From: Chrysomallon squamiferum
Lineage: Eukaryota; Animalia; Mollusca
DNA length: 64,000 nt
Direction: 5' to 3'
Assembly (NCBI GenBank): GCA_012295275.1
Contig: CM022672.1
Span: forward strand, 16,616,001 to 16,680,000
The number at the start of each line of letters is the position of its first letter. Within the stretch, counting starts at the first letter, position 1. Positions 15,271-27,751 of the stretch are shown here, piece by piece. The notes beneath the pieces were generated by a model. The model was not told the origin of the DNA. It did no database searches and saw only the letters and a list, made by a program, of their open reading frames with translations. The translations under genes were made by a program, and so were the position numbers.

Positions 15271-18012
15271 TTCTCATCCCCTGTATGTCTGATTTACACA
15301 TACACATACAGATTACACGTAGAACAAGAAAAACAAATCATCCTACACAGCAAATCTATTTACATGCACCAGTATCTGTCAATACCTTCTTAGCTTGAAT
15401 TAACATGACATAGGCAGTTTTATTAATGTGTCTTCTAACGGTTAAATGACTTTATGAAACCATGTAGCCAAGAAAGCTAAACGTTAAGTGATAGAACTAA
15501 ATAACACTGCAAAGCCTTCCAGCTGTACATTACAACAAGTAATCAGTGGGAGCCAAATTTACACCTAGAATCTTCTATCCAATAAAATATTTAATACACA
15601 AGGCTAAATTAGAGTGCACTGTGCTACCTTGTCATGCCCAATGGTAATAACTGAATTAAATAAAAATTCTTTAATGAGAACTCCGAATATTTCAGCTCGA
15701 ATAATTAATTACATGACGCTGTTTCTCTTCAAGAAACCTGAGTTAGGCTTGTAAATATATTTGAAGCAACACACATATACAAGTATATCCTGCACTTAGT
15801 ATACAAAATAAAAAACAAAACTGAAATTTACTTATATATATCTGTTGCTGAAAATACCTACAACCGTTATTCAGCAGTCTTTAAGAAAAAACAGGCGCCC
15901 TATGATTATTATCTGAGCCGAGCTATTTTACACTATCATTAAAGAATAATATGAACTGTATTCCTTTCACTTGGGTTTGACACACCACTCTCGAGGGGTA
16001 CTGGATGGAACGGGAGATATTCCAGTGCCTTTATACATAATCTCATTTTTTCTAACTAATCATCTACTGAACAGGAAATACAGATTCTTGAACATGTCCG
16101 AAAACAGGTGTGTTTTATATCGCGTGCGTTAAAATATTCCAATTCAGATTAAGATGGCCTACTTTAGCGACCGATTTACCGAGTATATTTTAAAATGCTA
16201 TTTTTAACTTCAGGTTATCTCACATTAAAGAGGTTGTTTTAATTGCATTAACATTTCTTCTGATTTAGAATTATTCCTGTAATACGTAGTTATTTGAAGT
16301 CGTATATTCAAACAGAAACCTAGCGTGTTACTTTAATTTTATTTCACTGTAGCGTCTACATGTTCCAGTAATTAAATAAATACAAAAGGTAACAAAAATC
16401 CATCGTAAAAACCTATAAAATAACAGACAAAACTTGATGCATTAAAAATTCAATTAACTAAAACAACTCAGTTGAGAGAGTTTAATTCCTGAACAGCAAT
16501 TGTTGCTGTTGTTGTTATTATTATTATTGTTAATACTAGTAGCAGTATTATAAATAGAAGAAAAATTCATAATATTAGAAGTCATAGCATTAATTAAAAT
16601 AAAGTAATTTAATAGTAGCAGTCGTACAGTACAATAAAAGTAGAAGTATTGTTTTATTTGTTTCGTAAAAAACTTTGATACATTTTCATTTTTCTAATGA
16701 TTAATTTGCATAAGTAAACTTGTAATTTATCGATAATTTCAGATATTCTAGCATTTTCGTAATCCTACATAAAATTTGTACAGGTTTTACAAAAAAAAAA
16801 AAAAAAAATAATAATAATAGTAATAATAATTTAATTCAAAAACATTTACTTAAAATAATTTACTTAATACTAATACTAACAAAAATCAGCAGCTCCAGCT
16901 CTAAATATTTAATTAACAAAATGGGGTTTTCTGCAGAAACTAATCTTAATAGAAACGACATTAAGAAAAGAAAAAAAGAAAAGGAAGAATGACTTTTAAA
17001 AAGATTATATATTTTTCTCTGATAAACATGTAAAATAGTTAAAAGGCCGCTGTGTTACATCAAGGTCAATGGAATGGAAAGGTTTTTTTTTTATTAAAGA
17101 TAGTTACGGAACTCGAATCTTAGCTGCGGGACAGCTGTTAAAAATATGCATGACACGTATTCAGATCGAATCTTGGTTTGCCCATAATGATTAATAATAG
17201 TCTATGTGGATTAAAACAAAGTGATGGATGTAGGTAAGGAAGGAGGTCGGTAAAGCTTTATGTAATCTGCGTATAAAAGATCATGCCAAATGATGGATAC
17301 ACAAATTTTTAATATAAATTTTTTATTATTTGTCGAGGCATTTGAAGGTGATTCGACAGTATCATATTATATTAGCTGTTTTTTAGGAAATAGTATCGAC
17401 GCTCATTAATCCCCGTGAAATTCAAGCGTGAGCGTATTTGTGTATCCGTTTGTGAGTTTCAGTGTGTATTAAGCAATACATTATAAAGCAGTGGTTTATT
17501 TAAAAACATTCTGACAGAAAAATTGTTCTTCACGTTGTGATTGATCACAAAATTTCAGAGGCACGCTTTCCCCGATCATCTTTTCAACCCTTGAGATATC
17601 GAGCACCGCAGTTATCACGATCTTGTGGATGTCAGACTGCAAGTGTTTACAATCCATTACTGTCAATTAGACTTTCTGAAAGGGCGACCAAAGGAAATAT
17701 CACAGACGTAAATAAATTTGTATTAGGAATCCAGCTACGAGCTAAATGCTATAACATAAAGCTAAAGGGAAAGTATTAAGCACTGGTAAAACAAACTCTG
17801 ATACCATAAGAAATGTCGATATAGTCTGTGGATTCGAACGTATCGATACTGGATTTGCAATAATTCTTTATGATGGAATAGCCTGTTAAAAAACAGTGAT
17901 TTTTCAGAATTAATCAACTAATAAATATACGAAGAAAAAAAATAATGGAGAACGATTGAGATGGACAGAGAGTTAAATAGAGGTGGGGAAATTCACATTC
18001 TCATATGTTATT

Positions 18013-18067
<55 letters not shown>

Positions 18068-18561
18068 CTTTTTAAACACATAAAAAACATTGAATAAAAT
18101 ATATTTTATTATTTAACACATATTCTTTACCTATATTTTAATACAACACTAAAACCTGCAGTTAACAGCGTGCGACTGTTTTTCATTGTACTCTAAAGAC
18201 TTGTAAACGCATTATTATACTCTCAACGACAAGTACCGGAAGCAGACGAATATGGGTGCCATTCTACGTAAAAATAATGACAGTTTAGGTCCAGAAACGA
18301 CGATAAACGACCAATTGTCTGATAACAAAACTGTCAAAATTGTTCACGATTCACAAAGTACTATAATACATTATTGTCAATCGATCGTTTATTCTCTACT
18401 GATGTTTTGAATACGAGAGAAATCATAAAGGGACGCCTTTCGCTGAAATCGTTCTTAGATGATGTAAACAAAATCTTTTTTGGTCAGACTTGATTTAGAG
18501 TTTCTTTATACTGCTTGCAGCGTCGTAGATATATTTTTTTGTTAACAGTTATAATGAGTAG

Positions 18562-18593
<32 letters not shown>

Positions 18594-19257
18594 TAAAAAC
18601 AAAAAATTATTAAAAAATAAATGTGTAAATAACATCATTAAGATATTTTGTTTGCAAAATATCCTGCACTGTTAAAAAAAAAGTGTATATAAAAAAAGCA
18701 ACAAATAACTCCCCATGAAAAAATAGCTAACCCCCAACCCCCCCACCAAAACTCACCAACCCCCCCCCAAAAAAAAACCGCAACAAAAATAAATAAACAA
18801 CACGCAATCAAAGAAGAAAAAAAAAGAAAGGATAAATATGACTTTAAGTTCAAAACAAACCTAACTCCATAACAATAATTCAACACAAGAAAAATAACAG
18901 ACATGTTCGTTATTCTTGTAACGTCATTATCCGAACACAAAAAAGTCTCCAAGTCTCCAGAATGACAAAAGTAAACAAGATCCCATTATGAGCCATCATG
19001 AAGTTTGTGCTGGGAATTAATGAGCAAAATAATAGAACATTAATGCACGCAGCAGACCACCAAATCCCGACGGTTAAGGGTTTGAAACTGCGTAGTGCTT
19101 TGCACTGGTTGACAAGTAACGGTTTAAGATCCCATTAATGTACTGTTAGCTGTTTGTTCAGTAATCATGACTTTTATACACTAAACCACCACGCTGATAG
19201 CTAATTAGATTACTGAACCTTAATGTTTACAACAGTACGTTCTTAACATGTTGTTTA

Positions 19258-19299
<42 letters not shown>

Positions 19300-19564
19300 G
19301 TTGTCGTTATTGTTGTTAGTGATGTTCTCATTGGTGCTACAGTTATTGTTACCACACTGCATTTATTATTGTTATTTATTATTATACCATTATTATCATT
19401 GTTATCGTTCATCTACATACATCAACTAATTCACATTATTTATTTCTTAATTTTATTTATTCGCTATTTATTATTATTATTAATATTATATATATAACAA
19501 AAACATCGTCGCCTGTACTTGTGGGAAAAAGTGATACTCAAGCAAAAAAAAAAAAAAAAAAAAA

Positions 19565-20025
19565 TCTCGTCCCTTCTATACTGTGTGGCAATTAATAATC
19601 TTCAAACATACTAAAACATACAGACATTCTCATCTGCTGTACAGTTTGGCAAATAGTCATCCTTCAAACATATTAAAACATACACACTTTCTCATTTCTT
19701 TTACTGTGTAGAAAATAATGATACTTTAACATGTTAAAACATACAAACATTCTCATCTCCTGTACAGTTTGGCAAATAGTCATCCTCTAACATATTAAAA
19801 CATACACACTTTCTCATTTCTTTTACTGTGTAGAAAATAATGATACTTTAACATGCTAAAACATACAAACATTCTCATCTCCTGTACTGTTTGGCAAATA
19901 GTCATCCTCCAACATATTAAAACATACACACTTTCTCATTTCTTTTACTGTGTAGAAAATAATGATACTTTAACATGTTAAAACATACAAACATTCTCAT
20001 CTCCTGTACTGTGTGGCAAACAGCG
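19565..20025. repeat. Tandem repeat of alternating 61-bp A and B monomers (122-bp higher-order unit)
   Basis: A: AAAACATACAAACATTCTCATCTCCTGTACAGTTTGGCAAATAGTCATCCTCTAACATATT; B: AAAACATACACACTTTCTCATTTCTTTTACTGTGTAGAAAATAATGATACTTTAACATGTT; order ABABABA. Confidence 0.9.
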
Positions 20026-20264
20026 AGGTGTTTTAATATATCGGTACAGGTTTATATATTTCATTTATCGGATCAACTCCAATTCGAACTTTAATAGCAT
20101 CTGAATCAAGTAAATTTAAATAGCTTTTCAAAAATATTGAATTTAAAATTTATTTATTTATATATTCTATTTATTTATTTTTTGCAAGATTTCTAGAAAA
20201 CTCATTTGAATTTAATTCTTGGTTACAGTCATTACAGTTGCAATTTAATATATTCTGAATATAC

Positions 20265-20835
20265 ATCAGTGACTGCTACATTATTAATATCAGTGATTGT
20301 TACGTTATAATATACAATCTGTAAATGTTAGATTATTAATACACAGTCAGTAAATGCTAGATTGTTAATATGCAGTCAGTGAGTGTTACACTGTTAATAC
20401 ACATTTAATGACTGCTACATTGTTATTACATAGTAAATATTACATTATTAATACAGTCAGCAAATATTACATTGTTAATGTACAATTAGTGATTGTTATA
20501 TTGTTGATACAGAATCAGTAAATATTACATTATTAATAGTCAGAAAATATTACATTGTTACTGTACAATTAAAGATTGTTACATTGTTAATACACAGTCA
20601 GTAAATTTTACATTGTTAATACATCCTTCAGTGATTGTTACATTGTTAATACACAGTTGGTGATTGTTAATACACAGTTGGTGATTGTTACACTAATATA
20701 CAATAACTAAGTATTACATTGTTAATATAGAATTAGTTATATTGTTAATACGGAATCACTGATTGTTACATGTTCATACAGAATCCATGACTGTTACGTT
20801 GTCAATATACAAATCACTGACTGTTACATGTTCAC
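20265..20835. repeat. Degenerate minisatellite of about 29 bp
   Basis: Consensus approximately TCAGTGATTGTTACATTGTTAATACACAG, many diverged copies. Confidence 0.8.
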
Positions 20836-21642
20836 TGCTGCTGAAATCGGCCTTGAAAGTAGAACTGTTTTAATTAGTTTAGCAAGACCAACAACCACTA
20901 TAACTGAAATAATATCGCAATCATTTTCAGATAAAACCCACAAAAAACAACAACAAAACAAAAAATTATATTATTTCGATATTTTCGACATTGATCGACG
21001 TTGTTTTCTTGACAACAATAAGGAGACTAATAATAACCTATTTCTGATTTGATCTTTCTTTCTTTTTTCTTGCTTTTTAATCTCCATCTTGTCAGACGTT
21101 GGAGCTGATTTTCCAAATCCTTTATTGCGCTTGTCCATCTTTTGTCTAAAACACGATTAATTTGTCACTGAATTTGCGAAATACGCAGACAGTTTTAGAC
21201 CGGAAAACCAAAACACAATCCTAACGAAGACAGCTAAGGGACGGTCTCGCGGTACAAAGTTAATTATAAAGTAAAACAGAAATTCAGCTGGTTTCCTATG
21301 GTTACTTTTAGAATGTCGTTTAAATCTTCTTCGTTGAAATCTTTTCAGTGTTCTGTACAAATTTACTGAAGTCTGCTTCAAGTCAGAAATATGAGTCTTC
21401 TTTATTTCAAAAGAAAGAAAGAAAGAAAGAAACAACCCCCCCAAAAAAAAAAAAAACAACAAACCCCCAAAACATAATAAAAAAACAAACAAAATAAAAC
21501 ACAACCAACAACAACAACAACAAAAACTCACAAACAAAGCAATCCCAAACTCTATATAAAAAAACTAAATAAATAAGCTTCGAGAAACAAATTCTCGTTA
21601 AATAACACACAAACTCAGTTAAAATAGGAAGGAAAAAAAACG

Positions 21643-21673
<31 letters not shown>

Positions 21674-22902
21674 TCGGCCAGTTTTAATTTATTTTTATAT
21701 ATATATATATATATATTTTTTTTTTAATTTTATTTAATACTCCATGCTGTTATTTATTGGTTTGCATAAACGATCTGAACAAACAAATTAAATTCTTGGC
21801 GAGGTTTGACGTGCTCGATGAAGAAATTAAAAATGACTGTTTCCTTTCCTTTTATTTGCAGAACAGAATTGAATTAAATTAAATAGCGCAAACATGGGTT
21901 GTATGTGGTCATACTTATTACTTTCAAAGACAATTTCTAAGAAATGACTATCACAGATAATTTCTAAGAAATGAATAACAAAAGACACATTCTAAGAAAT
22001 AAACAGTGAGGAAACAAGTATGGAAAATTGTTCAAGAATCTCAGACAGAAAGCGAAAAGTCGGTTTATGTATTAAAATAAAAATATTTTTGCTATTACTA
22101 CTACTGCTGTTGCTACTACTGCTACTGCTGCTACCACTGCTAGCATTATTGTTACTGCTACTACTATAACAAATACAGCAACAACTAATAATATTATATA
22201 CTTATCATCATCATCATCATCATCATTATTATTAATGTCGTCATCATCATCATCATTATTATTACTTTCTGTTTCAATCTGGGTTACAGAAATTATGTTT
22301 CCTAAATAAAATTATACGCCAAGTTTTGGTTCGTCTGTAATCTTCAAACTACCTCTTTGATCAGCAATGTGTAATCGTTCAGAAAGTAACTTATGATTAG
22401 TATACGTTCAGGCAGGCTGTCGTGGAAGAATTTAATAATATACCTCAAAACCCTGCAGTTAAATAATTAGCTTTTCTGAAAAAGTTTATCCGGAACTAAT
22501 ACGATAACATCGTCTGTTTTCAAAGGTGAATTAACGTGACTTACATTTCTTAGTAAAAAACATTTTTTTTTTTTTACTTTTATTTACTAGGATTCAGGTC
22601 TTTAACTTCAGTCACTGAAACAATTTTTATCTGCTTTAACACAGAGGGTTGAACTATGTTTCAAGAAAAGGTAGCTGAATGAAACTGAAAGAGGATGCTT
22701 TAAATGTGTAAAAGGATTTGATTGTATATATCCGCGGGGAGAAAAGGACGAGAAGCTCATTGATAGAGGGAGGCTGGACATTTTTTTTTTTTATTTGACA
22801 GAAGACAAATACATTGTTAATCTAACGCTAAATGATGTACATATAGTCAAATAATGAGAAGAAACCTTGTTTCACCAAGAGATCTATTACATTTTCTGTT
22901 GT

Positions 22903-22960
<58 letters not shown>

Positions 22961-24300
22961 AAACATATTATAGGATGTGTTCCTAATATTGTTGTACTAT
23001 GACATCTGAATAATTTTTTATCATTGCACCCAGCTAAAAACAATTATATATATATATATATATCTTAAAAATATATAATATATTTTTTTTAAATTTAATT
23101 ATTCAGAGAAATACCATTAACAAATAAATGGTATTTCACAGGTAATAGCTAAATTTACTGATCATGATGATTAACAAATACAAAGACGACTGGTATTTCT
23201 ATAACGTCCGCTACCTAACAAACCCAAATAAGTGACAGCAACAATTTAATGAACTAACGACGCAGTAACATTCCAAATTAAAACATCTCTTCAAACAACC
23301 TCTGTTATTAACACAAGTAAAGAAAAATTAAAGAAGACACTGTTACGATATTCCATCTATCATCGTCATTCTCCCGTCAGACTGTATCTGCGGCTGCCCT
23401 CAGAGTATTTTGTTTAGCTCATAACGAGGGAACGAAGTCAAATAAATACAGATGGTACTATGAAAGAAATATCGATTATCGTTATATGATTTATCTTTTC
23501 CTAAAATCAATTAAATTTTTCTTTTATTAATTCAGAAAAAAAATTGTTGTTCTTGTCGTCGTTACCATCATCATCATCATCATCACCATCATCATTGTTA
23601 TTAATATGATTTATTTTTTACTACATAAAAATTATATTCTTGTTTGACTGAAATGCTGTTTATATATACATTTATATGGATGCATTTGTATAGGCCTTTC
23701 TCTGTGTAAGAATGTGTGTATATATGTGTATGTATGTATGTATTGATTAATGTACTGAACAACCGTTATATCATAAACTATTGCTCTATACAGTCTCGTT
23801 GCATTCTGTCTCATGTAAATTAACCAAAGTTTGTGTATATGTACACATAAACAACAATAAAACCCTCCACTAAATAACATTAATATGTATATACAAAAAA
23901 ATAAAATAAAATAAAAATAATAATAATAATAATATAATAATAAAAATAAAGCACAAAACAAGCAAAGCCCCCCAAAAAAAAAAAAAAAACACCAAAAAAA
24001 TCACAACAACAAACAAAAATAATGAAAAAAGAATGTTTAATTTTGAATTACTTATGAAAACAGTCCTTATAAAAACAGTTTTCTTTTTCTTCATTTTGTT
24101 CGTGTTCTTAGTAATCTGGATTCGTGTGTTGTTTGTTAGCTCGAGGACCTGAAAAAAATGCACTAACAATGTTTGATGCAAAAAACCCCCATTAATTTGT
24201 GAGTAAAAAAACCTTGATGTTTTACTACTATTAAACAAAAGTAAACGAGAAAATGTTTAAAGAGTTTAAATCTTCAAGTAATTAAATTATTATATTGTAT

Positions 24301-24392
<92 letters not shown>

Positions 24393-25112
24393 GATCCATT
24401 AATGTTTTTAAAGTATTACAGTAACTGACTTTGTATTATTACAACAAATACAGACCCTCAATAGGGCTCATTTCTTCACATTACTGGGATCCGCGGTATT
24501 TCTATTGATACGTGCACGCATAATTTATCGATCTTACTATTCACTTCCATTAAACTCTCATAGAACCTGTGTTTAATTATTGCATTTCAATTTAAATTAT
24601 TCCAGACCAAACGAAAAATGTTCGTGACTCTGTGCAATACAAACACCCAAATATCGATGCATTAGTCGATGCGGCGATATCAATTAAATATTTTGTCAGT
24701 ATTTTTATTTTTTTTTTTTTTTTTTGAAAAAAGTCACCTGCAGAGCCGTAAGTGATTTGTGTGAAGCTGAAAGTATTATTTTACAAATAAGAACAAAAAA
24801 AAATCTTCAAACAAAAAACACCAACGAAATGCTTTTTTTTTTATCGACGCATTAAAACACATTTAATTTGTCGTCTTAAGACCGTACAGACTGCATGCGG
24901 CTAAAACCAGGTTACACGTATTTATGTATATGCTTGTGCGTGCGTTTACGGTTCTCCATCTATCGTTGTGTGTATTTGTGTATTTGCGTTTGTCCATCTC
25001 TGTGTGTATGTGTTTTTGTGTATGTGTAATTTTGAGTTTGTGTGCATTCTTTTTTCATATAAAATAATCAGTGTTCTTTGCTTATTTTCAGCTACAGTCG
25101 TGAAATATAAAT

Positions 25113-26420
25113 ATGGCTGATCTAGAGAACTTTTTACACGATGAAAACGAAACTAGCCGACTGAAAGATTTGCTGATTCTCAACAATTCGCAGTATAATC
25201 CATCAATGTACAGCATAGATAAACGAATTGAAAACAGTATTTTGATCATCGCCTACTCAGTTTTGTGTATCACGTCTCTGTTTGGAAATTCTCTCGTATG
25301 CTATGTGATATTTAAAAACAAACGTTTGCACACCGCCACCAATTTCTTCATCGCCAATCTAGCTATATCAGACCTGTTTGTAACATGCTTCAATGTTCCA
25401 TTCAACATCATCAGATATTTAATGGACGAATGGTTGTTCGGGGAATTCTTTTGCAGCCTCTTTAATTTTTCCCTGGCAGCGTCTGTCTACGTTTCCACAT
25501 ACACTCTCACTGTTATAGCCATCGACAGACACCGCGTGGTCATTACACCTCTTTCCTTCCGAATGTCCAAAATAAGGGCTGTGTGCATTTTAATTTTCGT
25601 TTGGATCTGTGCCATTTTACTCTCTCTGCCTTATGGGATATATCAAAAGGTGATAGATGTGAAGGTGATTGTGACTTCAGTGAGACGGTGTCGATCCGCG
25701 TACCCGGAACCCAGTGAAACATTTGAGCAGTATCTGACTATCACCACCATCATAATGCAGTACTGCATACCACTGACTTTAATTGCCTTGGCTTACGGAA
25801 GGATAGTCCTGAGACTGTGGGCTCGGACCCACGTAGGTGCAGTTACGGCACACCAGCAACTGTCGCAGCACAAGGCAAAGAAGAAGAGCATAAAACTTCT
25901 CATCACAGTCGTCGTTGTGTTCGCTCTGTGCTGGTTGCCTTTGATTTTGTATCACCTGCTCACAGACCTGCACCCCAACGCCAAAGCGTATGTGTACAGC
26001 ATCAGAATATTCTTTATCTGCCACTGGATCGCCATCAGCAGCACCTGTTACAACCCGTTCGTGTACTGCTGGTTTAACGAGCAGTTCAGAGCGGAGGTGA
26101 AGTCCAGATTTCGCTGGTGTTTTCACTACACTCCTAAGGTGCATCCACGGACGGACACAGAAGGATTACCCACGGACGACGTGCATCCGATCAAACGTCA
26201 TAGACTGAGAAGCAGCACTCGCAGTTCCAGCCACACGGAGATGAAGCGGGAGACAACTCTGACGCCAGAAACAGAGGATTTTGGTCCAATTCAACTTTTG
26301 CTACAAAAGTTTAACGAGACTCCCGCGTTGTGTGAAAGAACACGTGCAACTAAAGAAGACGAGGTTAAAGAACTGATTCCTAAATATGAAAACGGGAAAG
26401 TGGAATTTTACGCCACGTAG
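25113..26420 (+). CDS. GPR83: Class A (rhodopsin-like) neuropeptide GPCR, GPR83-like; CDS on a single exon, 435 aa
   Basis: Seven hydrophobic segments with GNSLV (TM1), NLAISD (TM2), IAIDRH (DRY variant), CWLP (TM6) and HWIAISSTCYNPFVYCWFNEQFR (TM7/helix 8). The DRH and TM7 sequences closely match GPR83 as I recall it. Splice acceptor cttattttcAG ends at 25091, 21 nt before the ATG, so a 5'UTR intron is implied. Confidence 0.9.
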   Translation: MADLENFLHDENETSRLKDLLILNNSQYNPSMYSIDKRIENSILIIAYSVLCITSLFGNSLVCYVIFKNKRLHTATNFFIANLAISDLFVTCFNVPFNIIRYLMDEWLFGEFFCSLFNFSLAASVYVSTYTLTVIAIDRHRVVITPLSFRMSKIRAVCILIFVWICAILLSLPYGIYQKVIDVKVIVTSVRRCRSAYPEPSETFEQYLTITTIIMQYCIPLTLIALAYGRIVLRLWARTHVGAVTAHQQLSQHKAKKKSIKLLITVVVVFALCWLPLILYHLLTDLHPNAKAYVYSIRIFFICHWIAISSTCYNPFVYCWFNEQFRAEVKSRFRWCFHYTPKVHPRTDTEGLPTDDVHPIKRHRLRSSTRSSSHTEMKRETTLTPETEDFGPIQLLLQKFNETPALCERTRATKEDEVKELIPKYENGKVEFYAT

Positions 26421-26978
26421 AGAAAATGTTTACTTTTTATTACTGAAAGGTTTAAAAGTTGAAAGCTAAATGACATCATGCTCACCAAATGTGTGAATTA
26501 TATATATATATATATATATAAATTAATGCATTTAAGGAATACACCAATATTGAAGGGACTGCATTTTTGAAGGAATTACATACAAACGTTTACAAAATAG
26601 AAAAAAAAAAAGACGTATTTGTGGCGTTTATATAAAACCAAATAATAATTAAAAAAAGAGAGTTTATATTCAGGATATTTATACGTTTATGATTATTTTT
26701 ACGTTTATACGTGACAGAACGTGAAACTTGTATTGATTAGGAAAAGTCCTTCCAATCAGAAGAACGTATAATAGTCTGTAAAACTCGTTGTTTGTCACAG
26801 TTAATAGTTTGTTTACATTTATGATGTTTTTATTATTACTGTTATTATTTTAACATATGAAATAATTCATGTTGTATACGCGAATTTCAAATTCTTCGTG
26901 AAATGCTTAGATCAATTTTTCTCCTATTTTATTCTGACCCTTTCTATGTTGCAACTGCGCCCCTAACACAAACACACA

Positions 26979-27028
<50 letters not shown>

Positions 27029-27090
27029 TGTGTGTGACAACCGTCCATATATATTTCAATAATGATAGTTAGGTAGAAAACTTTTTAGGT

Positions 27091-27121
<31 letters not shown>

Positions 27122-27682
27122 TATTTTTGTTATTTTTATTATTTTATGACACACAGAAGAAATCTGTATCATTTAATACACAATATGCATTTTCTTTCTT
27201 CTTTTTCTTTTTCATTCTTTCTTTTTGTTTATTTTCTTTAATTTACCATATTTAATTCCTTATGATTCATCAGAATGTCTAAACAAACAAACACACGCGA
27301 AAGTTCATTTTGCACATACTTAATTGATACTTGTACAATATTATACTGTAATGTATCATATCACCAAGTATTTCGTATATTGTGTATTTTAAAATGTTTT
27401 TATTTTGTAAGAGTTTTAAAGTCGACATTCCACCCAGAAAACAGTTATTGTCTGATGTTGTTGTTTATTCGTGACTGACATGTTCATGCTAATTTGTGTA
27501 TATATTTGTTATAAACATACAATACAATACTCACAGAAATACAGATATACATACAAACATAAATACATACATATATACCAGTATGCATGAATACATAGAG
27601 ATAGACAGACAGAGGGTAGACATAGTTTCATAGCAAATACAGTACGTCTATTAAAATGCATAAATATGTACGATTACATTCA

Positions 27683-27751
<69 letters not shown>

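Noticed and set aside
25779-26144. Antisense 121-aa ORF and alternate-frame 86-aa ORF inside the GPCR
   Set aside because: Shadow ORFs of a GC-richer coding region, with no motifs.
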